A DNA stretch of 64,000 bases, from NCBI GenBank assembly GCA_963693055.1, contig OY843751.1, positions 4,288,001 through 4,352,000 of the forward strand, given 5' to 3'. This DNA is from a bacterium. GTDB taxonomy: Bacteria > Zhuqueibacterota > Zhuqueibacteria > Residuimicrobiales > Krinioviventaceae. Under the pieces are notes generated by a model. The model made no database searches, was not told the origin of the DNA, and saw nothing but the letters and a program-made list of their open reading frames with translations. The position numbers and the translations under genes are program-made. Below, in pieces: positions 1-10,900 of this stretch. Within the stretch, counting starts at the first letter, position 1. Every line of letters begins with the position of its first letter.

Positions 1-1
1 G

Positions 2-3000
2 TTTCGTTCTAACGATCTCGGTGTTAATTGGACTTTGATCAACACCGGCTTGACGACTCCCAACATAAGATCTCTGCTCGTAACCCGAAAAGGACATATT
101 TTCGCGGGTGCAGATTCTGGCCAGGTATTTCTGTCAACTGATCTTGGCGATACATGGAGCATATACAATAGCGGCATCTCCAATGCGATGGTCCATACAT
201 TGGTTATTAATGATAACAGCAATCTACTTGCCGGTACAAAAGGCAGCGGTATTTTCAGTACAATTTATGATAATGCTATATTTTCAGTCAATCCTACATC
301 TCAATTGGATTTTGGTAATGTTCGTGTGCAGGTAGGTGAAACAGATTCTCTAGAATTTACCAACATTGGCTATTTGTCACATCAAATCCAAAATGCGGTT
401 GTAACCGGTACGGATGCAAACGCATTTTCCGCATCAATCAACACCTCTGATATTCAACCCAGTGGAACGGGATATGTTAATGTTGAATTTAATCCCCAGA
501 GTGTGGGACAAAAAACCGCAACACTGGAAGTAACAACAAGCGGCGGCAACATACAGATTGGACTAACAGGTATTGGCGTTTCCCCAATACTAAATGTTGC
601 TCAAACAAGTCTGGAATTTGATTCAACCCGTACAGCAACAACATCTATCGATTCTGTTTTTATATCCAATACAGGTACAGATACACTCAACATCAACCAA
701 ACTGCAATTAACGGTACGAATCCCGGCCAATTCTCAGTCGGTACTCCACCAGCGCCAATTCCGCCAACAGAAGGAGCCTGGTTAAAAGTCTATTTTGTAC
801 CTTCAGATACAGGTAGTTTCAGCGCAACATTAAACCTCTTGAGCGATAGCGGACTCGGACAGGTTGCATTAACCGGTATTGGCATTGAACCACAAATTGC
901 AGTTTCTACCAATACCCTTGATTTCGGAGATGTCAGCATTACTAATCCCCTCTCTTTGGATGTAACGGTTTCCAATGCAGGAAATACTGCTCTGAATGTA
1001 AGCGAAGCACTGGTTACCGGGACCGATCAAACATTTTTCAATGTCTCCCCCCAGCTTTTCATAGTGCCAGCAGGAGGCAGTCAAATTGTATCTGTTACCT
1101 TTTCACCTGACCAGGTCAGATCGTACAGCGCAAGTCTTGCCTTTTTCAGCGACGCGGGTGAACAATTGGTTGCCCTTTCCGGTAATGGTATCAACGCAAG
1201 TTTAGAGACCTCTCCCGATTCACTCTATTTCGGCATTGCTCAGGTTGGTGCTTCTGTTCGTGATACACTCTATCTAAACAATACCGGCACAACCACAGTT
1301 ACCATTTCTTCTTTTGAATTATCCGGAGCAAATGCCTCTGCATTTTCGGTTTTAACAGGTACTCCCCTGACAATTGGGGCCAATTCAACTTTTGCACTTC
1401 CAATGGATTTTGCTCCCCAGTTTGCAGGCTTTCACATTGCATCGCTGCTAATTACAAGTGATGGCGGTAACCTGAGCATACCTGTAACCGGAACCGGGAC
1501 AGAAGCGATTTTCAATCCTAGTACTCGCGCTCTATCCTTTGCAGATACAGACGCTTTTGGCTCAAACACACGTACGCTAACCATAGTAAATGAAGGAAAT
1601 GCCGAACTTGCCGTAAGTGAATATTTTTTAACCGGTACCCATAGTTCAGAATTTCAGATACCCACAACCCCAATCACACTCGCATCACTCAGTTCTGTTG
1701 ATTTGAGTATCACCTTTGTTCCGCAATCAGCCGGAGCTAAAAATGCGGAAATTGTATTTTTCTCCAATTCACCTTCATCGCCAGACACCATTGCATTGTC
1801 AGGCAATGCGCTGGATGCAGGAGATATTGCTCTATTTAGCGCTAATCCTGCAAACATCAATTTTACCGATACCCAAATTGGCAGTTCTCCCGCCTCCCCA
1901 TTTTTCATCATCAACAATGGGACAGTAGTTTTAAATATATCCGAATATTTTGTCACGGGTACGAATGCATCTGAATTCCAGTTTACAAGCACAATATCAA
2001 ACATTCAACCTGCTGACTCTTCTCTATTTTCGGTTTCATTTGTTCCCACATCCATTGGCAGCAAATCTGCTTCACTTGTCTTTTTCACCAATTCTCCAAC
2101 ATCTCCGGATACGGTCGCGCTTTCCGGATATGCAACAGAATCCACAAATTCTATCACAATCAAAACAACATCAAGCCCGAAAATTGGCAATGATTATACC
2201 GTCAATATTCAGCTTGAAAGCAGCTTTGCTGCAACAGAGCAGACATTATTTTATCGGAATATCGGCAAGCTAAATTATACCAGCGTTCCCCTGCAGGGCA
2301 GCGGTACAGAATATACTGCTACTATTCCACAGGATGCGGTACTACTGCGTGGACTGGAATATTATATTGTAATGACAGATACACGCGCAACCTATACTTA
2401 CCCCCCAACCAATCCGGCAAGTAATCCAGTCCAGTTGGGGATCACAATAGACTCACATACACCGCCAATAACATTGCCAAAAGCAGGATACAAAATGATC
2501 TCCTTCCCCTGCGATATGTACGAGACCACAATCGCTGAAATGTTTGAAGATGATTACGGTGAATATGACAATACAAACTGGCGGCTCTTTTATTATCATC
2601 CCATGAACGACAGCCTTTTATATCAGGAATACCCCTTTGATGAAGAATTCTTTATTTATCCGGGTATGGCGTTCTGGCTGATCAACAAAGATGGCAAAAC
2701 CTTTGATATCGACAATGCCTCTACCCTCATGTATGGTGATCAATTTACTATATCACTCATGCCTGGCTGGAACATGGTTGGCAACCCCTTTGATTTCCCT
2801 GTATATATTGATGATATTGAAACGCTTGACTCAATTGAAGACCCTGTTGCATATAATGGTACCGAATATGTCTACCGTCAGCAAATCTTGCAGCCATGGG
2901 AAGGTTATTTTGTCTACAATCCCGAAAATACCTATGTTCAGGCAACAATCCCGGCAATTGAAGCGGGCCAACTTCCCAAAGCAAACGATCCCATGCAGGT

Positions 3001-3742
3001 TGCAAATAATGAAGTGGCAATACAATTCACCGCCAAAATCAAAGACAGTAACATACAAGACACCCAAAACTTTATCGGCTTGTTGAACGATGCCACTGAT
3101 AATAAAGACAAAAATGATTTCTCTGAAGCACCACCTGTTGCGGGAGATTTGCAACTCTATATTGCAGATGATGAACGCTCCTGGGCAGGGAATTTCAAAT
3201 CTATTTCAAATGAAGGACAGCAATGGCAGATTGTGCTGAAAGCGAATAGCAGGAAATCCATTACGCTTGGCTGGCAGCAATCTGGCACATTGCCGGATAA
3301 GCAAAAACTCTACATTTTTGACCAAACCACACAGGCCCCGTTAAAAGCTGAAAACGGTGAATATACACTGTCAAGCGGACTCAAAGGCGAACGCAGATTC
3401 AAAGTGATATTGGGTACAGAAGCCTATGCCCTAAACAACAGTGACGGTATCCCGCTGGTTCCGGTGGATTACGAATTGAAGCAAAATTATCCCAATCCAT
3501 TCAATCCGGAAACGGTAATTCCGTTCCAATTGTCTGTCAAGAGTAATGTAAAAATAGAGGTCTTTAATATATTGGGTCACAAGATCAAAACATTGCACAA
3601 CAGTACATTATCTACCGGCAGTCACCAGGTAACCTGGGACGGCAGTAACGATGCTGGAAACAGTGTGGCCGCGGGAATGTACTTTTACCGAATTCAGGCA
3701 GGTTCTTTTCAAGCCGTTAAAAAAATGATTCTGATACGATAA
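2..3742 (+). CDS. Large secreted protein, 5'-partial: BNR/propeller end, about six ASPM-SPD-2-Hydin (choice-of-anchor D) Ig repeats, C-terminal FlgD/T9SS-A-like sorting domain
   Basis: The frame is open from position 2 (FRSNDLGVNWT, Asp-box-like). Repeats read LDFG..V...I.N.G...L.V.....F.P...G...A.L, and the C-terminus reads LKQNYPNPFNPET..WDGSN..G..VAAGMYFYRI..KKMILIR. Confidence 0.85.
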   Translation, partial: FRSNDLGVNWTLINTGLTTPNIRSLLVTRKGHIFAGADSGQVFLSTDLGDTWSIYNSGISNAMVHTLVINDNSNLLAGTKGSGIFSTIYDNAIFSVNPTSQLDFGNVRVQVGETDSLEFTNIGYLSHQIQNAVVTGTDANAFSASINTSDIQPSGTGYVNVEFNPQSVGQKTATLEVTTSGGNIQIGLTGIGVSPILNVAQTSLEFDSTRTATTSIDSVFISNTGTDTLNINQTAINGTNPGQFSVGTPPAPIPPTEGAWLKVYFVPSDTGSFSATLNLLSDSGLGQVALTGIGIEPQIAVSTNTLDFGDVSITNPLSLDVTVSNAGNTALNVSEALVTGTDQTFFNVSPQLFIVPAGGSQIVSVTFSPDQVRSYSASLAFFSDAGEQLVALSGNGINASLETSPDSLYFGIAQVGASVRDTLYLNNTGTTTVTISSFELSGANASAFSVLTGTPLTIGANSTFALPMDFAPQFAGFHIASLLITSDGGNLSIPVTGTGTEAIFNPSTRALSFADTDAFGSNTRTLTIVNEGNAELAVSEYFLTGTHSSEFQIPTTPITLASLSSVDLSITFVPQSAGAKNAEIVFFSNSPSSPDTIALSGNALDAGDIALFSANPANINFTDTQIGSSPASPFFIINNGTVVLNISEYFVTGTNASEFQFTSTISNIQPADSSLFSVSFVPTSIGSKSASLVFFTNSPTSPDTVALSGYATESTNSITIKTTSSPKIGNDYTVNIQLESSFAATEQTLFYRNIGKLNYTSVPLQGSGTEYTATIPQDAVLLRGLEYYIVMTDTRATYTYPPTNPASNPVQLGITIDSHTPPITLPKAGYKMISFPCDMYETTIAEMFEDDYGEYDNTNWRLFYYHPMNDSLLYQEYPFDEEFFIYPGMAFWLINKDGKTFDIDNASTLMYGDQFTISLMPGWNMVGNPFDFPVYIDDIETLDSIEDPVAYNGTEYVYRQQILQPWEGYFVYNPENTYVQATIPAIEAGQLPKANDPMQVANNEVAIQFTAKIKDSNIQDTQNFIGLLNDATDNKDKNDFSEAPPVAGDLQLYIADDERSWAGNFKSISNEGQQWQIVLKANSRKSITLGWQQSGTLPDKQKLYIFDQTTQAPLKAENGEYTLSSGLKGERRFKVILGTEAYALNNSDGIPLVPVDYELKQNYPNPFNPETVIPFQLSVKSNVKIEVFNILGHKIKTLHNSTLSTGSHQVTWDGSNDAGNSVAAGMYFYRIQAGSFQAVKKMILIR

Positions 3743-3758
3743 TTCAGGTGGATCAAAT

Positions 3759-4844
3759 ATGAAAAAATATATCACAATCCTTTTACTCTTTTCAAGCTGG
3801 GCCATGGCTCAAGACATGCTGGTCATTTCACAAAACCGATTTGTACAGTTTTCTCCAACCGTGCAATACTGGAGTTATGACGAAGCCAAAGATTTTACCC
3901 AGGTTTCCTTTCCGGTATATGCTTATCTACCCCTCAACAATAATACGTCTATCAATTTGCGCACAGGACAGGCAAATGTTTCGGGCAGCAGTATCACCAA
4001 TCTGGCCGGCATGACAGATACCCAGCTTGGCGTATCCTATCATTATCAGGATTGGAACACGGTTTTTACCATGGGTTTAAACCTGCCCAGCGGCAAAAGA
4101 CAACTCACTCTGGATGAGTACATGACCTCCTACCTGATGAGTTACAACTATTTCAATCTTCAGATACCCAATTTCGGACAGGGACTCAATTTAGCGCCGG
4201 GTGTAAATTGGGCTTATGAATTAAATGAAAAGATTATTCTGGGTGCTGCCGCCAGCTTTCAGCTAAAAGGGGGCTTTAAACCCATAGACGGCATGGAAGA
4301 TGACTATCAACCAGGAAATGAAATTACTGCCTCCGCGGGCATGGATTATAATTTTTCAGAAACCCAAATTTTATCTACGGATGTGGTTTACACTACCTAT
4401 GGTAGTGATAAATACGCCGATAATGAGATTTTTGCTTCTGGCGACAAGATCATTGTAAATCTCTTCTATCAGCAGTTTATGGATTTTAATCATTTTTCCA
4501 TCCACTTTCGCTATCGCAGTAAAGCCAAAAACGATATAGCCGTGGCAGGTGAAATGGTTACCGAAAGCGAAAAATCCATACCGGACCAGTTTGAACTGAT
4601 CGGACGATTCAGACAACGTTTGACGCAGGAATTCCACCTCGGCTATTTGGCACAATACCGGCATTTTCTCGGTACCAGTACCCTATACAGCGTAAACCTT
4701 GCAGGATTGGGTATTGAACCGGAATACCGTATTTCTCCCCGAATGCTGCTTACCAGCAGGATCCGGGTCAATATCGGTGGTTATTCAAATGGAAAAAGTA
4801 TGACAGGATTCATGTTTACCGCGGGAATGCGATATAATTTTTAA
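3759..4844 (+). CDS. Outer-membrane beta-barrel protein, function unknown
   Basis: Signal peptide (SWAMAQD), alternating amphipathic strands and a C-terminal AGMRYNF beta-signal. Confidence 0.7.
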   Translation: MKKYITILLLFSSWAMAQDMLVISQNRFVQFSPTVQYWSYDEAKDFTQVSFPVYAYLPLNNNTSINLRTGQANVSGSSITNLAGMTDTQLGVSYHYQDWNTVFTMGLNLPSGKRQLTLDEYMTSYLMSYNYFNLQIPNFGQGLNLAPGVNWAYELNEKIILGAAASFQLKGGFKPIDGMEDDYQPGNEITASAGMDYNFSETQILSTDVVYTTYGSDKYADNEIFASGDKIIVNLFYQQFMDFNHFSIHFRYRSKAKNDIAVAGEMVTESEKSIPDQFELIGRFRQRLTQEFHLGYLAQYRHFLGTSTLYSVNLAGLGIEPEYRISPRMLLTSRIRVNIGGYSNGKSMTGFMFTAGMRYNF

Positions 4845-4845
4845 C

Positions 4846-4955
4846 GTAGGGGTGAACCTGTGTGTCCACCCTTTTACAATTTTTGTTAAATGAGTGAACC
4901 TGAATTTCCACCCTTTTAAAATTTTCATTAAACGAGCAGGCCTGCGTGTCAACCC
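4846..4955. repeat. GTAG-type REP-like hairpin repeated about 2.5 times with a ~42 bp period
   Basis: GTAGGGGTGAACCTGTGTGTCCACCC is followed by degenerate copies GAGTGAACCTGAATTTCCACCC and GAGCAGGCCTGCGTGTCAACCC. It lies between convergent genes. Confidence 0.65.
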
Positions 4956-4961
4956 AAATTC

Positions 4962-5843
4962 TCAACCCGCCAACAACATATTCGTACGTTTTACCGCTTC
5001 ATCAATATGCTCGTTTTTTTCATAACCTATGGTCATGGCGTCCACATTGCCGCTGCCCCATACATATTCCATGGATTTCTGGCGGTCTGCAATATCAGTA
5101 AACTTGCCCATTCCAAAAATTTTCATACCAATCACGCCCATTCCCCGGTCATGGATTTTCTTAATCACCGGCATAACTATTTCCGGAGAATCATCCATTC
5201 GCTCACCGGTATGGTTAATACGGGCTTGCACAATGTCTACCCAGTCACTTTCCGCTGCCGCGTTTAACGCGTCAACACTGTGACATGAAACACCATGCGC
5301 GCGAATAATGCCTTTTTCCTTGGCTTTAGACAAGGTATCTCGCACGCTTTCAAACTCGTTCTGCCAGTCAGCAGAGGTCATGCAATGCACAAGCAGGATA
5401 TCAATCCTGTCCACGCCCAATTCCAGTAAAAATCGATCAAGATATTCCTGAGCATTGGTAAATTGCAGCCAGTCATTGTTTTTTACCCACATTTTCGATT
5501 GAATCACCACTTGATCCCGGGGGATATATTTTAGCAACTCTTTAAAATACTCGTGCGAGCCATAAATATCAGCACTGTCCCAAAAATTAATACCATGATC
5601 AAACGCGTACTGCCCCAGTTTCACAAAGCCTTCCTTACCCAGCTTGGTCTGGTTCGAAACTCGCTTCCATCCCGCTGAACCGGTTCCCATGGCCAATCGG
5701 GATACCTGTACGCCGCTCTTTCCCAGTACAACCTGCCCGACTCGCTCCTGGCTGTTTCCGGCATATATCGATGAAGCACCCACTAACGCTACGCCACCTA
5801 CAGATTTTTGTATAAACTCTCGTCTTGATATACGTTGTACCAT
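4962..5843 (-). CDS. Aldo/keto reductase with Tat signal
   Basis: SRREFIQK twin-arginine motif, plus LGKSGVQVSRLAMGT, GINFWDSADIYG and IDILLVH AKR motifs. Confidence 0.9.
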   Translation of the reverse strand: MVQRISRREFIQKSVGGVALVGASSIYAGNSQERVGQVVLGKSGVQVSRLAMGTGSAGWKRVSNQTKLGKEGFVKLGQYAFDHGINFWDSADIYGSHEYFKELLKYIPRDQVVIQSKMWVKNNDWLQFTNAQEYLDRFLLELGVDRIDILLVHCMTSADWQNEFESVRDTLSKAKEKGIIRAHGVSCHSVDALNAAAESDWVDIVQARINHTGERMDDSPEIVMPVIKKIHDRGMGVIGMKIFGMGKFTDIADRQKSMEYVWGSGNVDAMTIGYEKNEHIDEAVKRTNMLLAG

Positions 5844-5853
5844 TCCACTCTCC

Positions 5854-6774
5854 TTAATTTTCCGGCTGTGTCAGCGCTTTATAGGTTTGAGGTCTGCGAT
5901 TTTTAAATCTATTTTTAATCCGGTTGGGTTCCATTTTCAATTCAAAATACACGATTTCATTCGCACCGCCCATAGATTTAATCTCTCCGCCATTGCTGAT
6001 CAACAGACTCTGATACGGATTACAATAGATCACCGGAAACCGGTTCTCATAAGCGCGTGTGCGCATCAAAACAGTATTCCATCCGTCTTCATCACTGTAA
6101 CTACCATACGCCGGAACGATCAGCGCCTGTGCACCCTGCACAGCCATAATCCGTGCCGGTTCAGGCAATTGCCTATCATAACAGATCACAATCCCTACAA
6201 TGCCAAAGGGTGTATAAATAACCGGATATTCGTCACTCGCGCAATATTCATCCGGATTTATATCATAACCCTGTGCAAAATGGGTTTTGGAATAACGCCC
6301 AATAATATCGCCTTCATCATCAATCATGATAGAGGTATTGTACAAACGGTTACCTACCCGTTTTTCCAGAAATCCCAAAACCAGAAAAATATCCAGTTCA
6401 TCCGCAAGCTCACAAGCTTTTGCAATATAGGGACCATCAATGGGTTCCGCAACCTCTATAAATCGCTGTGTCCGCTCCTCATGTATTGAGGCTTCCATAT
6501 CAGAATTCACTTCATTGATCACGTAACCTTCAAGTACACCTTCAGGAGTAACAACCAGCCTTGCGCCGCCTTCAACAGCAGCGCGTCTCACCATGCTTTC
6601 AATTCGCTGCCAGTTGATTTCTTTTTGCCATTTTTCAGGCAGTACAGCCGCGCTGGCAGCACGTAAACGGGTAAATTCCTGTTCTTTATCTTTATATTTA
6701 TCTGGCACAAAATTTTGTGCATTTACTAATACAACAGCGAACAACAATAAACATGCTAAACATTTAAATCGCAT
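5854..6774 (-). CDS. Secreted carbon-nitrogen hydrolase (nitrilase/amidase family)
   Basis: E-K-C triad in VTPEG, YSKTH and VICYDR, with an N-terminal signal peptide. Confidence 0.9.
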   Translation of the reverse strand: MRFKCLACLLLFAVVLVNAQNFVPDKYKDKEQEFTRLRAASAAVLPEKWQKEINWQRIESMVRRAAVEGGARLVVTPEGVLEGYVINEVNSDMEASIHEERTQRFIEVAEPIDGPYIAKACELADELDIFLVLGFLEKRVGNRLYNTSIMIDDEGDIIGRYSKTHFAQGYDINPDEYCASDEYPVIYTPFGIVGIVICYDRQLPEPARIMAVQGAQALIVPAYGSYSDEDGWNTVLMRTRAYENRFPVIYCNPYQSLLISNGGEIKSMGGANEIVYFELKMEPNRIKNRFKNRRPQTYKALTQPEN

Positions 6775-6941
6775 ATTGTTCTCCCATAGAATCCCTTTAC
6801 TAATAAATTAATAAATGAATAGTATTATCCAACATATATTTTCTGGTTAAAAAGATATAAGCAGAAAAATCAAAATAATATATCAGTGGAAATCCGTATA
6901 ATCAGGGTTTTTTGTGATCTAATTTTAAATATTGGTTCTGG

Positions 6942-7955
6942 TTAGAACCGAAACGTCCCAGATATCCTGTGGGTATTGGCAAGATCGTGAGGAATAAAAG
7001 CATAATCTATACTGTAGCCCTTGAATCGTAGTCCAGCTCCCGCGGTAACATTTTCCAGATAATAACCCGCACGTACTGAAAGCATGTTAAAAAATTCAAA
7101 TTCCGTACCTGCATGATAATCATCATAAAAACCAAACTCTTGGTCCGCAGTCAAGGTAATGCGTGTTCGCAATCCCACCATTAAATGCGATGCCGCAACA
7201 CCCGCGCGATAGAGTGACTGTACCAGATCGGCATTGTTTGAATCCGTGTTCCAGGTAATACTGGTCCTTGAAATATCCTGAGCTGAAAACGCAACGCCAA
7301 ACCACGATTTGGCCATTCCGCGATAATATTTATCGCTTACAATGCGCAAAATTGCACCGGCATCTACACCCTGGCCGCTGCCGGTCTTGTCATCAAGATT
7401 ATGCATAATATATTTCCCGGAAAATCCCATATATAACTCGAGCGGAATCCTATACTGGTTCATGCCCACATTGAAATACAGATCAAAATAATCAGCGCGC
7501 CCCAATGTAAACAGGATTGCATTTTCATTATTGCCAAAAAATCCTTCCGGCTCTCCATCTGAACGTAACCGGGGATCAGTCAATCGATCCAGTCGGGTGC
7601 CTTGCAGTTCACCATAACGGGGAATATCATCTTCGCCGTGCCGCATCCAGCTCAATCCCACAGTCATGTTCCGGTTTACCGCCATTGAAACATGGGCAGT
7701 GTTGTATTGTGCCAGTCCGTCAAACATGGGTACATGATCAAAATGTACGGTTATATGCTTTTCATGTGCCAGTCCTGCAGGGTTCCAATAAAATGCAGTT
7801 GCATCGCTGGCAAGCGCGGTAAATGCTCCACCCATTGCCATAGGACGTGCACCAACACCTATACGCATAAAATCAGCAGCATATTCTCCTGCAAACACAC
7901 TGCTCATCAGCAGCAATAATATAATAACAATATATGTGGGTTTAAATCTGTTCAA
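6942..7955 (-). CDS. PorV/PorQ-family outer-membrane barrel
   Basis: DFMRIGVGARPMAMGGAFTALASDATAFYWNPAGLA signature and C-terminal THRISGTFRF. Confidence 0.85.
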   Translation of the reverse strand: MNRFKPTYIVIILLLLMSSVFAGEYAADFMRIGVGARPMAMGGAFTALASDATAFYWNPAGLAHEKHITVHFDHVPMFDGLAQYNTAHVSMAVNRNMTVGLSWMRHGEDDIPRYGELQGTRLDRLTDPRLRSDGEPEGFFGNNENAILFTLGRADYFDLYFNVGMNQYRIPLELYMGFSGKYIMHNLDDKTGSGQGVDAGAILRIVSDKYYRGMAKSWFGVAFSAQDISRTSITWNTDSNNADLVQSLYRAGVAASHLMVGLRTRITLTADQEFGFYDDYHAGTEFEFFNMLSVRAGYYLENVTAGAGLRFKGYSIDYAFIPHDLANTHRISGTFRF

Positions 7956-7963
7956 TTCAATAC

Positions 7964-10900
7964 CTATTTCAACTTGGCCATTTTTTCAATTTGTTCTATA
8001 CTTTTTTCGCCCTGCTTTGCCCGAATACGTAAATAATACACGCCATTGGCAACCTCACGACCCTCTTCATCCAGTCCGTCCCAGTCATGCTCTACATAAC
8101 CTGAAATATCCACAAACTCGAACGATCGTATCAACCGTCCCGATACGGTATAAATATCTAGCTTTACTTCATCGGCAATATCTGCCAGAGTAAATGCAAT
8201 TACAGTTTCATCTATAAAAGGATTGGGATGATTTGCAATAGATTCCAATCCAAACTCACTTGCAACAGAAAACTGGATCTGTACCGTATTGATGTTGCCG
8301 TTCAAATCCGTTGCTTCTACCTGAAGTGTATGATCTCCCGCTGTAAGATCAGGGATAAACGTAGCAGTAACCTGTCGTTTCTGTTCAGGATTCTGATACA
8401 GCGTCACCTTTTCATCCTCAACCGTCTGGTTATCCAGACTCAAAGTTACCGGTACAGTTCCTACATCAAATCCACTTGAATCCTGCACACTAATGGTAAA
8501 TACCGGATTCCGGCCAACAACATCGCCATCAGCAAAGTTCTGTCCTTCTACACCTACCTGTATCGAGGGTGCTTCACCATCTCCGGAGCCCATCAAACTA
8601 AAAATAGTATATCCCTGGGGTAACTCGCCCACAACAACACTTTCCTGTGTTTTAATGGTGCTTTCCACACCTTTCCAAGTTTGAGTAGCAGGATTCCAAA
8701 AGTAAATCTTTAATGCGTTCAAAGCGAGATAATATGCTGTCAGAGAATCCTGACTGTCATAAAAAACTGCAGTTTCCATGGCTTGTTGCAACTGTATTGT
8801 AGAATCCGCAAAGCATATTTGCATTGCAGACCAAACCGTATCACCCGGTGCATTAACAGGTGCCAAACCGGCCTGGATTGCGCTGGTAAGCATGGCTTCA
8901 TCGTCATTCATCACAAATTTAATGGATGAAGTTTTGGTTAATCCATTGCTCGGAATCTTTATATAATATCGTCTGCTATCATCGTACAACTCGCCCTGTG
9001 TTCCACTGGTACGGGACACAATACCCGTAACAGATGTAACACGGTTATTTCGTTCATCCGATTCAGGGACTGCTTCCGCTTCATCAACAATACATACCAG
9101 GTTATGCCTGCCCGAAGTTGGATTATTCCAGACAAAGGCGACCTCAGTCTCTCCTTTTCCATCCAAACCAGCTACATTCAACGTGTCACCAATAGCCACA
9201 TTACTGGTATCGGTTCGTTCGTACAAATTAACTGAAAATGGGCCACAATCCTGAATACCCCTGTTTTTTATAGTCACATATACAAATGTTTGCTGATCAC
9301 CATATACTCTGAATGATTCGGAATCTGCATACAAATCAGGTCGATAAGCCACCTGAATTTCTTTGGTCTCGCTTATTTGCCGGGTTTGCAGTCCGGTTCG
9401 GGCATGTACATCATAATAAAGCAAGGTGCCCTCGGCAAAAGTCAGGGTTGTATCAAGCTTCCAATAACCGGAACTCTGCTCTATCATTCCCAAATAATTC
9501 CAATTTTCAGCATCATTAGACCAGCGGACCATCATGGAATCAACCTGCCCCAGTGTAGCAGTTAAATCTGCCCGATTGATATTAGCTACAATAAAAAAGG
9601 ATTGATTGTGCAAGGGTTGTTCAGGAAATGTATACAGTGCAGAAACATAGGGACGTCCTACGCTGAACGTTGTAAATCCTGCGGCTTCATTACTATTGTT
9701 GTTAAAATAAACGCGTACCCTGCCATTTCCACCATTTTCACCCCATGCTTTACGAACATTCGCATTGAGATTGAGAACAGAACTATTAAAGGCTCCGTTC
9801 TGCATTGGAATTGTAGTTTCAGCAAGCAGCGAATCAAAATCATTATGCACGGTCAGGGTTACATTACCGCTGCTGTATCTGGGAACACTGCCGGAAACCA
9901 CAAGGTCCTGATTGTTTAACAATGTGTTGCTGGAAAGCTGCACATTAGCTGTATTATCCGGGATATATAGCGTCAGTGCCGGATCGCCCAGCAAATTATA
10001 ACTTTTAACATGGTCCCAAAATCCCTGGGTTTGTTTGATCATTTCCAGTTTTCCAAGCGTGGAAACCTGGCCATAAGTTCTCACATTCTGTTCAAACAGC
10101 GCAGTAAATATAGCATTATTGAGATAATAATCTCCCTGCAAAAACGCACGCCCGGAAGATCCAAAACTGCCCACAATGCCCTTGTCCTGTGCGGCAAGCA
10201 GTTCTTCAGCAAGTGAGGGAGAATCAGGATTATCAAAATGCCCGATAAAACATGTCAGACTGAAAACAAAGGGATATTTATTATGGTTAGAAAGTCTTTC
10301 AATATCTTCTATCTGGAACAGTTCAGCATCAGAGAATACACCACCACCTCCGTGTCCCACAAAATTGAGGATAGATTGCCCGCTGTTGATATAATTGGCA
10401 ACATCTTCGGTACTGCCAAAGTACCGTGACGTATCAATGGTTGCTACCCAATCTGTTATCATGTATCCGGGAACATATTGTTTATATAAATGTCTTGCAC
10501 TGGCTTCAAAATAGGGTTCAACACCGGTTAGCAGCAAAAGATGTCTGCGCCATTCGGCTGGCGTATATTCAGCTTCATGTGCAATCGTTTTTGAGATCAT
10601 GATCTCAGCTTGTTCGGGCGAATTGACAGGCAAACGTCCCAGGAACAGATCCGGCAGATCATCATCACCAATAATAGATGCAAGATAATTATCGCTCGAA
10701 CTCATGCCCCAGGTCTGGGTATATTCCATAAATGTAGGGACAAACGAGGGCAAATTCTCATCCCGCGCGATTTGCTTGTCCAATTTGTGGGTGGTATCAC
10801 CCAATAATAGTACATACAATGGCGATGGTTTTTGCCAGTTTTGATATGCGTATTGCAGAAATTTCTTAATAGCACGGGGATCATGCAAGCCATCACTAAA

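Noticed and set aside
4846-4955. Possible mini CRISPR array
   Set aside because: The spacers resemble each other, the period is only ~42 bp, the repeats are degenerate, and there are no cas genes.
5644-6489. 281-aa plus-strand ORF
   Set aside because: It is antisense to the well-supported nitrilase and AKR genes and has no recognisable motifs.
6882-6925. Short AATCC/AATCA-type degenerate repeat after porV, and a similar fragment CCTGCGCCCTCCGCGTTAA near 49387
   Set aside because: Both are too short and degenerate to call from this window alone.
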